Part shown: piece after piece, positions 23,596 to 35,100 of the stretch
How the letters are laid out: each line of letters opens with the position of its first letter
Position numbering within the stretch: the stretch's first letter is position 1
Assembly: GCA_965203445.1 (NCBI GenBank)
Contig: OZ241883.1
Span: 1,728,001-1,792,000, forward strand
DNA from: Candidatus Oxydemutator sp.
GTDB lineage: Bacteria > Pseudomonadota > Gammaproteobacteria > Poriferisulfidales > Oxydemutatoraceae
Direction: 5' to 3'
DNA length: 64,000 nucleotides
The notes under the pieces: generated by a model
What the model saw: the letters and a program-made list of their open reading frames with translations, nothing else
What the model was told of the DNA's origin: nothing
Databases searched by the model: none
Made by a program: the position numbers and the translations under genes

Positions 23596-24771
23596 ATGAA
23601 AATCGAACGTCTCCATCTGAAGAACTTCCGCGCCCTGCATGACGTGGAATTGAAGGACGTCCCGCCGTTTGCGGTGTTCGTCGGTGAAAACGGCAGCGGC
23701 AAATCCACGCTGTTTCGGGTCTTCGGTTTCCTGAAGGACGCCTTGGTGAACAATCTGAAGACCGCCGTGCAAAGGATGGGCGGCTACAAGGAGGTGGCGA
23801 CCCGGGGCCACACGGATGAGCCCATCGTGATTGAAATTCAGTTTCGGGCGGCGACTGTCGCCAGGGGGCGGCTTGTTACGTATCGTTTGGAGATTACTGC
23901 CCGGGACGGCGCTCCCATCGTGAAACGGGAGATCTTGTGTTACAAGCGAGGGAAATATGGTTCACCTTTTCACTTTTTGGATTTCAAGGAGGGAGAGGGC
24001 TATGCCATCAGCAACGAGGAGGACTTCGACAAGTCAGACGAAGAATTGACCAAGGATTTTCAAAAACTGGATTCTCCCCATATGCTTGCCATCAAGGGGT
24101 TGGGGCAGTTTCAGCGCTTCAAGGCGGCCAATGCTTTTCGCCATTTTATCGAGAACTGGCACGTGTCCGATTTTCATATCGCCGCGGCCCGCCAGCGCTC
24201 GGAAGCGGGAATGGAGGAACATCTTTCCGAATCCGGTGATAACCTGCCCCTGGTCGCTCAGCATTTGTACCAGAATGATCCCCCGACGTTCGACGCTATC
24301 ATAGAAAAATTCAGGGAGAGAATTCCCGGCATGTCCGGGGTGGACGTGGCGGTAACGCCTGACGGATATGTACTGCTGCGCTTTGCGGACGGCTCCTTCA
24401 AGGATCCTTTCATTGCCCGCCACGTCTCGGACGGCACGATCAAGATGTTTGCCTACCTGGTGTTGTTGCATGATCCGAGGCCGCACCCGTTTCTGTGCAT
24501 TGAAGAACCGGAGAACCAGCTGTATCCGCGTCTGCTCGGCACCTTGGTCGAGGAACTGCGTGATTACGCCATGCGGGGCGGGCAGGTTTTCGTCTCCACT
24601 CATTCGCCCGATGTGTTGAACCACGTAGAGCCCGAGGAAGCGTTTTTGTTAAAGAAAAAGCAGGGCAAGACCGCGATCCATTTGCTCGCCGACAATCGGC
24701 AAATCAAGGGGTTGTTCGATGCAGGCGATCAATTGGGCTGGTTGTGGAATCAGGACCTGCTGGAAATCTAG
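23596..24771 (+). CDS. ABC-type (AAA_21-like) ATPase
   Basis: 'LKNFRAL', 'GENGSGKS', 'SDGT', 'IEEPENQLYP', 'STHSP'. Confidence 0.88.
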   Translation: MKIERLHLKNFRALHDVELKDVPPFAVFVGENGSGKSTLFRVFGFLKDALVNNLKTAVQRMGGYKEVATRGHTDEPIVIEIQFRAATVARGRLVTYRLEITARDGAPIVKREILCYKRGKYGSPFHFLDFKEGEGYAISNEEDFDKSDEELTKDFQKLDSPHMLAIKGLGQFQRFKAANAFRHFIENWHVSDFHIAAARQRSEAGMEEHLSESGDNLPLVAQHLYQNDPPTFDAIIEKFRERIPGMSGVDVAVTPDGYVLLRFADGSFKDPFIARHVSDGTIKMFAYLVLLHDPRPHPFLCIEEPENQLYPRLLGTLVEELRDYAMRGGQVFVSTHSPDVLNHVEPEEAFLLKKKQGKTAIHLLADNRQIKGLFDAGDQLGWLWNQDLLEI

Positions 24772-24784
24772 TAGCAGACAAGCA

Positions 24785-25390
24785 ATGCATGTCGCACAGA
24801 TAAATCTCGTCTTCCTGCTGGAAGAGGATTCTGCCAAGCATTTGTTGGAAACATTGCTGCCTCAGATAGTAGGCGAGTTCCCCGCTGTACATTGCAGATG
24901 CATCCCGCATCAAGGCAAAAACCACCTGCAACAGTCTATTCCCCGCAAGCTCAAGACTTGGAATCAACCCAATACCTTCTTTGTCATCCTGCACGATCAA
25001 GATAGCCGTGATTGTCGGGAACTCAAGCAGGAATTGCAGGAGATATGCGCGAGACAAAGCAAACATACGCCTTTGATTCGCATCGTCTGCCGGGAATTGG
25101 AAGCGTGGTATTTCGGCGATCTCGATGCGGTCGAGAAAGCATTTCCGAAGTTTGAGGCGGCGCAGTACCGAAACAAGAAAAAATATAGGAATCCTGACGA
25201 TATTGATCGTCCAGGCAAGGAACTGAAACGTATTGGTATTGATAAAGGCTTCCACTTCCAAAAGGGAGACGCGGCGAAGAAGGTTCCTCGATACATGGAC
25301 ATAAAAAATAATTCTTCAAAAAGTTTTCAGCACTTGGTGACCGGCGTGCAAAAGTTGGTCCGGCAAAACATACAATCACAACAAGGATAG
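24785..25390 (+). CDS. DUF4276-like (TOPRIM-related) protein
   Basis: 'LVFLLEEDS', 'HQGK', 'LHDQD', 'ELEAWYFGD', 'NSSKSF' pattern; directly after the ATPase. Confidence 0.7.
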   Translation: MHVAQINLVFLLEEDSAKHLLETLLPQIVGEFPAVHCRCIPHQGKNHLQQSIPRKLKTWNQPNTFFVILHDQDSRDCRELKQELQEICARQSKHTPLIRIVCRELEAWYFGDLDAVEKAFPKFEAAQYRNKKKYRNPDDIDRPGKELKRIGIDKGFHFQKGDAAKKVPRYMDIKNNSSKSFQHLVTGVQKLVRQNIQSQQG

Positions 25391-25396
25391 TCCGCG

Positions 25397-28300
25397 ATGC
25401 TCGCTCCCGCAGTTCAGGCCCCTGTCATCAATTCTCCCTATGAGGAGCCGGGGGCGCATTGGAAAATCCATGAGCATGAGCCGGCGGAGAAAATCGTTGG
25501 GCGGCGCAAGCCGACCTATGTGTATCTGCCGCCCGGCGCGCGCACCGACGGCGAGAACGAGCGCGAGGTCGGCCATGAGATCGAAGAACTGCAACTGGTG
25601 TCGCAGGTGCGCGAGCGGCTTGCCGAATGGCGCCCGCTGGCGTTGCGCGGCGGCGGCGGCGTCAGCCGGGTGACGATGGAACTGCTGAATTACTGGCGCC
25701 GTCGCGGGCGTGCGCAGCCGTTGTTTTTTGCGCAACTGGAAGCCGCCGAGACGATCATCTTTGTGAGCGAGGCGCGCGCCGATCTGTTGCAGGGGATCGT
25801 CGTGCCGCCGGATGAGCCGGGGGCGGAGAAGCAAAGGCAGGGTTGCACCGCCTTTCGCAGGTTGTGCTGCCGGATGGCGACCGGCGCCGGCAAGACCACC
25901 GTGATGGCGATGCTGGCGGCGTGGAGCATACTGAACAAAGTCCACAACAGGCAGGACAGGCGCTTTTCCGACGCCGTGCTGGTGGTTTGCCCGAACGTTA
26001 CCATCCGCGACCGCCTGGCCGAGCTCGATCCGAGGAAGGGCGAGGCCAGCATTTACCGCACCCGCGACCTGGTGCCGCCGGCGCTGATGCCGCGCTTGGC
26101 GCAGGGACGGATTCTGACGACGAACTGGCACGTGTTCGAGCCGCACGGCACCCAGTCCGGCAGCAAGGTGGTCAAGGCCGGGCAGCGCGTCGTGATGCGC
26201 GAGACCGTGTTGATCGGCGACAGGACTATGACCGCGCGTGGCAAGCGCTACATGACCGAGAACGATCTTAGAAAAAAGAGCGCGCTGGGACTGTTGCGCA
26301 TTCTGTCGGAGGAGAAAGACAAGGGCGGCAATCTGAGGAAGGCCGAAATCGAGGCGGAAAAATACCTCGAGTCCGACGCCGCGCTCGTGCGCCGCGTGCT
26401 GGAAGGAGAATTGGGAACGCGGCGCAACGTCATGGTGTTCAACGACGAGGCCCACCACGCCTACCGCCTGCGCGACGGCAATGACAACGGCAATGACAAC
26501 GGCAATGGCAACGGCGACGGCAACGAGGAGGACGGTCTTATCGGCGACGACGAGGCGGCGGAGCACTATTACAAGGAGGCCACGGTGTGGGTCGAGGGAC
26601 TGGATCGGGTGCACAAGTCGCGCGGTATCAATTTTTGCGTGGACTTCTCGGCGACGCCGTATTTTCTGGGCAAGGCGGGCGCCAACACCAATCGCATTTT
26701 CCCGTGGACGGTCAGCAGTTTCGATTTGCAGGACGCAATCGAGGCCGGGCTGGTCAAGATTCCGCAGTTGGCGGTGCGCGATTCTTCCGGCGCCAGCGTT
26801 CCGGGCTACTTCAACATCTGGAAATGGATACTGCCGCAACTGACGCCGTCCGAGCGCGGCGGCAGAAAGAGCGGCGCCAAGCCGGAGGCGATACTCAAAT
26901 ACGCGCACACGCCGATTGCGATGATGGGCGGCATGTGGGAGGCGTTGCGCCGCGAACTGGCCGAGTCCGACGACCCGCGCCCGCCGGTGTTCATCATCGT
27001 CTGCAAGACTCGGAAACTGGCGAAAATCGTCTATGAGTGGCTGGCCGAGGATCGCCCGCCGACCACCGCCATTCCGCGCGCGAGTCTGCCCTCGCTGCGC
27101 AACGACGACGAGCACCGGAACACCATCTGCGTGTATTCGGACGTGCAGAAGGAAATCGAGAGCGGCAACGCCAAGAGCGACGAAACCCGCTGGATGCGTC
27201 ACGTGCTCGACACTATCGGCAGGATGGACTGGCCGCGCGACAGTCAGCGCCGGGCGCAATATCCCGACGGCTTCGAGGAGCTGGCGCGCAAGTTGGGCCG
27301 CGAGAAGCACCCGCCGGGGCGCGACGTGCGCTGCATCGTCAGCGTCGGGATGCTGACCGAGGGTTGGGATTGCAACACCGTGACGCACATCATCGGTCTG
27401 CGCCCGTTCATGTCGCAACTGCTGTGCGAGCAGGTGGTCGGGCGCGGCTTGCGGCGCGCATCCTACGAGGTCGGTGCGGACGGGCTGATGCGCGAGGAAA
27501 TCGCCACCGTGCTCGGCGTGCCGCTGTCCGCCTTTACCGTGAAGGCCGCCGGCGGCACCAAAGTGGAAGAAGCAAAACGCTGGCACGTGCACGCGGTACC
27601 GCAAAAAGAACAATACAAGATCCGTTTCCCGCGCGTCGAAGGCTACCGCCAGAGCGTGCGCGGGCGCATCGTTTGCGACGTGGATGAAGTCCCGCCGCTG
27701 CGGATAAACATCGAAAAAATCCCGTCGGAAGTAGAGATGAAGCCTGGATTGGCACCCAATATCGGTCGTCCTTCCCTGCACGGCCCGGGCGCGCTCAACA
27801 GGGCGGATCTCGAGGAATTTCGCGGGCAGGCGCGCTTGCAGCAGAGGATCTGCGAGATGACCGCCGCGCTGGCGAAGGACTATTCCGACGACGCACAATG
27901 TCGGTTGCCGCCGGGAGTTCTGTTTTCCCAGTTGTATCGGATCGTGCGCGAATACTTCGACAAGAAGGTTATCGCGGCACCTCCCGCAGACCGGCGAGAC
28001 GCGTTCCTGGCCCCGTATTATGGGCACATCATCGAACGTCTGTTGCAAGGAATCCGCCCCGACGAGGCCGCGGGCGAGGCGCCCGAACTGCCGCGCTATG
28101 AGCGTATGCGCGGCGACGGTTCTACGGCGGAGGTGGACTTCAGCACCCGCCGCGAACCATACCCGGTGCACAAAAGCCACGTCAATGCCGTGGTGCCGGA
28201 TACCGAAAGACTCGAGCAGTTGGCCGCATGGCACCTGGACAAACACCCGCGCGTGTTCTCGTTCGCCAAGAACGAGGGGCTGGGCTTCGGCATTCCGTAC

Positions 28301-28531
28301 CTGCACAACGGCGAGTCTCACGATTATCTGCCCGACTTCCTGGTGCGGCTGCAAGACGAGGATCGCTATCTGATTCTCGAGACCAAGGGCTACGACGAGC
28401 TGAAAGAAATCAAACGCACCGCCGCCGAGCGCTGGGTCGCCGCGGTCAACGCCGACGGCGGACGCGGACATTGGCAATACGCGATGGTATCCGAGGCCTC
28501 GGAAATCAACGGCCTGCTGGAACGGTTGTAG
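25397..28531 (+). CDS. Type III-like restriction subunit (SF2 helicase + C-terminal PD-(D/E)xK nuclease)
   Basis: 'INSPYEEP', 'MATGAGKT', 'NDEAHH', 'SATP', 'MLTEGWD', 'QVVGRGLRR', 'YLPDFLV...LETKG'. Confidence 0.92.
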   Translation: MLAPAVQAPVINSPYEEPGAHWKIHEHEPAEKIVGRRKPTYVYLPPGARTDGENEREVGHEIEELQLVSQVRERLAEWRPLALRGGGGVSRVTMELLNYWRRRGRAQPLFFAQLEAAETIIFVSEARADLLQGIVVPPDEPGAEKQRQGCTAFRRLCCRMATGAGKTTVMAMLAAWSILNKVHNRQDRRFSDAVLVVCPNVTIRDRLAELDPRKGEASIYRTRDLVPPALMPRLAQGRILTTNWHVFEPHGTQSGSKVVKAGQRVVMRETVLIGDRTMTARGKRYMTENDLRKKSALGLLRILSEEKDKGGNLRKAEIEAEKYLESDAALVRRVLEGELGTRRNVMVFNDEAHHAYRLRDGNDNGNDNGNGNGDGNEEDGLIGDDEAAEHYYKEATVWVEGLDRVHKSRGINFCVDFSATPYFLGKAGANTNRIFPWTVSSFDLQDAIEAGLVKIPQLAVRDSSGASVPGYFNIWKWILPQLTPSERGGRKSGAKPEAILKYAHTPIAMMGGMWEALRRELAESDDPRPPVFIIVCKTRKLAKIVYEWLAEDRPPTTAIPRASLPSLRNDDEHRNTICVYSDVQKEIESGNAKSDETRWMRHVLDTIGRMDWPRDSQRRAQYPDGFEELARKLGREKHPPGRDVRCIVSVGMLTEGWDCNTVTHIIGLRPFMSQLLCEQVVGRGLRRASYEVGADGLMREEIATVLGVPLSAFTVKAAGGTKVEEAKRWHVHAVPQKEQYKIRFPRVEGYRQSVRGRIVCDVDEVPPLRINIEKIPSEVEMKPGLAPNIGRPSLHGPGALNRADLEEFRGQARLQQRICEMTAALAKDYSDDAQCRLPPGVLFSQLYRIVREYFDKKVIAAPPADRRDAFLAPYYGHIIERLLQGIRPDEAAGEAPELPRYERMRGDGSTAEVDFSTRREPYPVHKSHVNAVVPDTERLEQLAAWHLDKHPRVFSFAKNEGLGFGIPYLHNGESHDYLPDFLVRLQDEDRYLILETKGYDELKEIKRTAAERWVAAVNADGGRGHWQYAMVSEASEINGLLERL
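26474..26526 (+). repeat. In-frame low-complexity repeat in res (DGNDNGNDNGNGNGDGN)
   Basis: GGCAATGACAAC repeated, followed by GGCAAT/GGCAAC units. Confidence 0.6.
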
Positions 28532-28676
28532 TTGTTCCGCGGCGCGCTCGCAGGCGCGCCCGCAGGCCCACCCGCGTCCGCGATCCGGCACAACTTTCCC
28601 GCGCCGTCGCTGCTTGAAAACTTCTTTGGCATCCGCATATTCATAAGGATAGCCGGAGATTCTCATGCGCGGTGAC
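28472..28676 (+). repeat. Direct repeat, left copy: res 3' end + sigma32 promoter + first 4 codons of clpB
   Basis: Aligns by eye with 59709-59901; scattered substitutions and a 12-bp internal duplication. Confidence 0.93.
28613..28640 (+). promoter_or_regulatory. Sigma32-type promoter (duplicate copy)
   Basis: CTTGAAA-N13-CCGCATAT, identical to the clpB promoter copy. Confidence 0.7.
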
Positions 28677-28707
28677 GATCTGCTGATTATCGTGTATGAT
28701 TCATCGC

Positions 28708-29093
28708 ATGGTACGATTGAGCGACGAACAATGAGAACGCATACGCAAACATTTCCCAGAAGAGAACATCGCGCCAAGCCGGGCCGGTCGTAAGCCGGTG
28801 CCGACGAGAAAAGTTCTCGAAGGCGTCCTGTGGATCCTCGACACGGGGCGCAATGGAAGATGCTGCTGCAATGTTATCCGAATTACAAAACAGTGCACCG
28901 CCGTTTTCGACGATGGTGCACGGACAACACCTTGCGCGATCTGTTGGTGGATTTGGCCAATGACTTGCGCAAGGAAGGGGTTGTGGATGAGAGGGAGTGT
29001 TTTATAGACGGTATGTTTTCCGCGGCCAAGGAGGGTGGCGCGGGGATAGGCAGGACGGGGCGTGGAAAAGGCCTCAGAATCATGGCCATTATA
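28708..29093 (+). pseudogene. IS5-family transposase remnant
   Basis: 'MVRLSDEQ*ERI...GRKP...VLEGVLWILDTG' frameshift 'AQWKML...YKTVHRRFRRW...CFIDG...GRGKG'; internal stop, frameshift, truncated. Confidence 0.85.
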
Positions 29094-29171
29094 ATGCCCC
29101 TAATTTTCCTTTGCATTAACTCAAACTCAGGATTAATCAAATGATCGGTATTACTTGCGTGTTAGCCGTGT

Positions 29172-32100
29172 GTGCTGATGCGTCAAAATAATGAATCTCT
29201 GACGTGGCGGTTGTGCGAGCAACCACATGGCGCAGAACCTGATCCTGTAAGTGGTTCTTCGTTATTGTCCTTCCTACTGCGAGCGCTTGGTTGCAAAACT
29301 GGCGCTCCTGATTTTGACAACTGGCTCGTTCAGTCAACTGGCCGCTGTCGGCCTGTTTCAGTTGTTATTCTCCTGACAGTAGTATTGCTCAGCATGCCGG
29401 CTGCGGTCGTTGCGCAGGGCACTGGCGGCGTGTGTGATCGCACCGAGCAGGTGAAGCGTGCAATAGTGCAGGCAGCGGAAGTGGCGGAATGCAGTTTGGT
29501 TACGGCGGAGCAGTTGGAGATGATTACTTCGCTGGATATCAGCAGCCGTAGCATAAGCCGATTGCGGGTGGGTGACTTTGCAGGGTTGGATGAGTTGGCA
29601 TCACTGCGCTTGGACGGGAACCGTCTGACTGGCCTGGAGCCGAGGATATTTGCCGGTTTAGTCGCTTTGGAGCGTCTGTATATGAGTTCCAACCATTTGG
29701 TCACGTTGGAGAATGGTGCGTTCTCGGGGTTGACGAGTTTGCGGATGTTGACGTTGAGCGACAATCGAATCAGCAGCGCGGGAGATGTATTTGCGAATAC
29801 CAGCCTGAGCGCGTTGACGGTGTTGGATATGTCGGGGAATCGGTTGGAGAGATTGGGTGAAGGAGCATTTTCTGGTTTGGGGCAGCTGAAAGAATTGCGT
29901 TTGGGGAGTAATTGGATAAATAGAATGGAAAGTGGTGCTTTTTCGGGGTTGGGCAATTTGGGTAGATTGGTTCTGCAAGGGAATCGTTTGCGGGACCTGC
30001 CTGCGGATATATTTTCGGGATTAGATTTAGGCATGTTGGATTTGTCCGGCAATCCGATGGATCCATTCGTGTTGGAGTTGCGCCTGGAGGCTTGGGAGGA
30101 AGGAGTGCGTGCGCGCATAAGGGAAGGGGCGCCTGCGGCGATAAAGGCATCCTGGTCTGCGTCGGGCGGTTCGAGCGAGATGGGTCAGGTAGAGGTGGCG
30201 GCGGGCGCGTTGGCGAGCGGGGTATTCGGTTTGGAGCGTGCGCACGTGGAGCCTGCGATGATAAGGCTGCATGATGCTCAGCAGTTGCTTCCGTCCGCGT
30301 CCTACCGTGGTATTCGTATATCGGCGACGGGCATCGTGACGTTGAGATGGCGTGGGCCTCGGTTTGTTGGGGGAGTGGAGGATCAGATATACACGGTGGG
30401 TGTGGAAGTATCGTCAAAGTTGCCGGCGGCGGTAAGCGGTACGCGTCCGTTGCGCTACAGTTTGTCTGGAGATTCCCCGCTGCCGTCGGATTTGGCGTTC
30501 GACCCGTTGACGCGGGTATTGTCGGGGACTCCGACGCGGGTGCAGGGGGGTGTGTATCGCTACACGGTGGAGGACGCGGTGGGTCGCAGGGCTACGACGG
30601 AGATCGGCATTCGCGTGCGCGGTGAGGTATGTGCCCGCACGCGAGCGGTTCATGAGGAGATAGCGCGCAGGGCGGGTCATTCGGACTGCGACTACGTCAA
30701 AGAAAACGATCTTGCGCGTATAGAGACGCTGATCATAAGCGACCGTGGATTGAGCGAGTTGCAGCTTGGTGATTTCGGGGGTTTGAGCGGCTTGAGGTCT
30801 TTGCGTATGGAGGGGAACGGTTTGAGGCGGTTGAGACATGGGATATTTTCGGATCTGGTTCGCTTGGAGCGTCTGTATATGAGTTCGAACCATCTGGTGA
30901 CGTTGGATAGCAGAGTGTTTTCGGGATTGGTCAGTTTGCGCATGTTGACGTTGAGCGGCAACTGGATAAGCGACGTTGGCGAACTGTTCAAGAACACGAG
31001 TTTGAGCGCGCTGACGGCGTTGGATTTGTCGAGGAATCGTTTGGGTGGATTGGGCGACGGAGCATTTTCGGGCTTGCGGCGTTTGGAGACGTTGCAGTTG
31101 GCAGGCAACCAAATAAGCACGCTGGATAGCGGAGCATTTTCGGGATTGGATAGTTTGCGCACGCTGACGTTGTCTGGAAATGGGTTGACGAGGTTGCCCG
31201 CCGAGATATTTGTCGGCATGGAGTTGACGGGCGGTCTGGACTTGTCAGGCAATCCGGTGGACCCATTCGTGTTGGAGTTGCGCTTGGAGGCTTGGGAGGA
31301 AGGAGTGCGTGCGCGCATAAAGGAAGGGGCGCCTGCGGCGATAAAGGCATCCTGGTCTGCGTCGGGCGGTTCGAGCGAGATGGGTCAGGTAGAGGTGGCG
31401 GCGGGCGCGTTGGCGAGCGGGGTATTCGGTTTGGAGCGTGCGCACGTGGAGCCTGCGATGATAAGGCTGCATGACGTTCAGCAGTTGCTTCCGGCCGCGT
31501 CCTACCGTGGTATTCGTATATCGGCGACGGGCATCGTGACGTTGAGGTGGCGTGGGCCTCGGTTTGTTGGGGGAGTGGAGGATCAGATATACACGGTGGG
31601 TGTGGGAACGTCGTCAAAGTTGCCGGCGGCGGTAAGCGGTACGCGTCCGTTGCGCTACAGTTTGTCTGGAGATTCCCCGCTGCCGTCGGATTTGGCGTTC
31701 AACCCGTTGACGCGGGTATTGTCGGGGACTCCGACGCGGGTGCAGGGGGGTGTGTATCGCTACACGGTGGAGGACGCGGTGGGTCGCAGGGCTACGACGG
31801 AGATCGGCATTCGCGTGCGCGGTGAGGTATGTGCCCGGACGCGAGCGGTTCATGAGGAGATAGCGCGCAGGGCGGGTCATTCGGACTGTGACTACGTCAA
31901 AGAAAACGATCTTGCGCGTATAGAGACGCTGATCATAAGCGACCGTGGATTGAGCGAGTTGCAGCTTGGTGATTTCGGGGGTTTGAGCGGCTTGAGGTCT
32001 TTGCGTATGGAGGGGAACGGTTTGAGGCGGTTGAGACCTGGGATATTTTCGGATCTGGTTCGCTTGGAGCGTCTGTATATGAGTTCGAACCATCTGGTGA

Positions 32101-35100
32101 CGTTGGAGAGCAGAGTGTTTTCGGGATTGACGAGTTTGCGCATGTTGACGTTGAGCGACAACTGGATAAGCGACGTGGGCGAACTGTTCAAGAACACGAG
32201 TTTGAGCGCGCTGACGGCGTTGGATTTGTCGAGGAATCGTTTGGGTGGATTGGGCGACGGAGCATTTTCGGGCTTGCGGCGTTTGGAGACGTTGCAGTTG
32301 GCAGGCAACCAAATAAGCACGCTGGATAGCGGAGCATTTTCGGGATTGGATAGTTTGCGCACGCTGACGTTGTCTGGAAATGGGTTGACGAGGTTGCCCG
32401 CCGAGATATTTGTCGGCATGGAGTTGACGGGCGGTCTGGACTTGTCAGGCAATCCGGTGGACCCATTCGTGTTGGAGTTGCGCCTGGAGGCTTGGGAGGA
32501 AGGAGTGCGTGCGCGCATAAAGGAAGGGGCGCCTGCGGCGATAAAGGCATCCTGGTCTGCGTCGGGCGGTTCGAGCGAGATGGGTCAGGTAGAGGTGGCG
32601 GCGGGCGCGTTGGCGAGCGGGGTATTCGGTTTGGAGCGTGCGCACGTGGAGCCTGCGATGATAAGGCTGCATGATGTTCAGCAGTTGCTTCCGGCCGCGT
32701 CCTACCGTGGTATTCGTATATCGGCGACGGGCATCGTGACGTTGAGGTGGCGTGGGCCTCGGTTTGTTGGGGGAGTGGAGGATCAGATATACACGGTGGG
32801 TGTGGGAACGTCGTCAAAGTTGCCGGCGGCGGTAAGCGGTACGCGTCCGTTGCGCTACAGTTTGTCTGGAGATTCCCCGCTGCCGTCGGATTTGGCGTTC
32901 AACCCGTTGACGCGGGTATTGTCGGGGACTCCGACGCGGGTGCAGGGGGGTGTGTATCGCTACACGGTGGAGGACGCGGTGGGTCGCAGGGCTACGACGG
33001 AGATCGGCATTCGCGTGCGCGGTGAGGTATGTGCCCGCACGCGAGCGGTTCATGAGGAGATAGCGCGCAGGGCGGGTCATTCGGACTGTGACTACGTCAA
33101 AGAAAACGATCTTGCGCGTATAGAGACGCTGATCATAAGCGACCGTGGATTGAGCGAGTTGCAGCCTGGTGATTTCGGGGGTTTGAGCGGCTTGCGGTCT
33201 TTGCGTATGGAGGGGAACGGTTTGAGAGGGTTGGAACCTGAGATATTTTCGGATCTGGTTCGCTTGGAGCGTCTGTATATGAGTTCGAACCATCTGGTGA
33301 CGTTGGATAGCAGAGTGTTTTCGGGGTTGGTCAGTTTGCGCATGTTGACGTTGAGCGGCAACTGGATAAGCGACGTGGGCGAACTGTTCGAGAACACGAG
33401 TTTGAGCGCGCTGACGGCGTTGGACGTGTCGAGGAATCGCTTGAGTGGATTGGGCAACGGAGCATTTTCGGGCTTGCGGCGTTTGGAGACGTTGCAGTTG
33501 GCAGGCAACCAAATAAGCACGCTGGGTAGCGGAGCATTTTCGGGATTGGATAGTTTGCGCACGCTGACGTTGTCTGGGAATGGGTTGACGGGGTTGCCCG
33601 CCGAGATATTTTCCGGCATGGAGTTGACGGGCGGTCTGGACTTGTCCGGCAATCCGATGGATCCATTCGTGTTGGAGTTGCGCCTGGAGGCTTGGGAGGA
33701 AGGAGTGCGTGCGCGCATAAAGGAAGGGGTGCCTGCGGCGATAAAGGCTTTCTGGTCTGCGTCGGGCGGTTCGAGCGAGATGGGTCAGGTAGAGGTGGCG
33801 GCGGGCGCGTTGGCGAGCGGGGTATTCGGTTTGGAGCGTGCGCACGTGGAGCCTGCGATGATAAGGCTGCATGACGTTCAGCAGTTGCTTCCGGCCGCGT
33901 CCTACCGTGGTATTCGTATATCGGCGACGGGCATCGTGACGTTGAGGTGGCGTGGGCCTCGGTTTGTTGGGGGAGTGGAGGATCAGATATACACGGTGGG
34001 TGCGGGAACGTCGTCAAAGTTGCCGGCGGCGGTAAGCGGTACGCGTCCGTTGCGCTACAGTTTATCTGGAGATTCCCCGCTGCCGTCGGATTTGGTGTTC
34101 AACCCGTTGACGCGGGTATTGTCGGGGACTCCGACGCGGGTGCAGGGGGGTGTGTATCGCTACACGGTGGAGGACGCGGTGGGTCGCAGGGCTACGACGG
34201 AGATCGGCATTCGCGTGCGCGGTGAGGTATGTGCCCGCACGCGGGCGGTTCATGAGGAGATAGCGCGCAGGGCGGGTCATTCGGACTGTGACTACGTCAA
34301 AGAGGACGATCTTGCGCGTATAGAGACGCTGATCATAAGCGACCGTGGATTGAGCGAGTTGCAGCTTGGTGATTTCGAGGGTTTGAGCGGCTTGCGGTCT
34401 TTGCGTATGGAGGGGAACGGTTTGAGAGGGTTGGAACCTGAGATATTTTCGGATCTGGTTCGCTTGGAGCGTCTGTATATGAGTTCGAACCATCTGGTGA
34501 CGTTGGATAGCAGAGTGTTTTCGGGGTTGGTCAGTTTGCGCATGTTGACGTTGAGCGGCAACTGGATAAGCGACGTGGGCGAACTGTTCGAGAACACGAG
34601 TTTGAGCGCGCTGACGGCGTTGGACGTGTCGAGGAATCGCTTGAGTGGATTGGGCAACGGAGCATTTTCGGGATTGCGGCGTTTGGAGACATTGCGTTTG
34701 GGCGGCAATCGGATAAGGGTCTTGGGGAACGGAGTGTTTTCGGGATTGAAAGATCTGGATAAATTGCATTTGAGCGGCAACCAACTGAATGGTTTGGGTA
34801 ATACGTTTATGAATACGAGTCTGAGCGCGTTGAGGGTTTTGGACTTGTCGGGCAATCAGTTGGAGATGTTGAACGCCGGAGTATTTTCAGGGGTTGCGAG
34901 ATTGGAGGAATTGAATCTTGGCGACAACAAGATATACGACTTGGCAAGCGGTGCGTTTTCGGGGATGAGAAGTCTGACAAAATTATTGCTGCAAAGGAAT
35001 GAATTGGGGGAATTGCCCAGGGACATATTTACGGGTTTGGAATTAAAGCATACGCTGGATTTGTCCGGGAACTCTGACGGTCCATTTGTTTTGCATGCGA

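Noticed and set aside
21890-25390. Calling the ATPase modules Gabija or Septu
   Set aside because: No UvrD-like GajB and no HNH PtuB partner visible
25376-28777. 1133-aa antisense ORF over res, and other long antisense or alternate-frame ORFs over uvrB, thrS, pheT and clpB
   Set aside because: Shadow ORFs expected from high GC and codon bias; no motifs; they overlap well-supported genes
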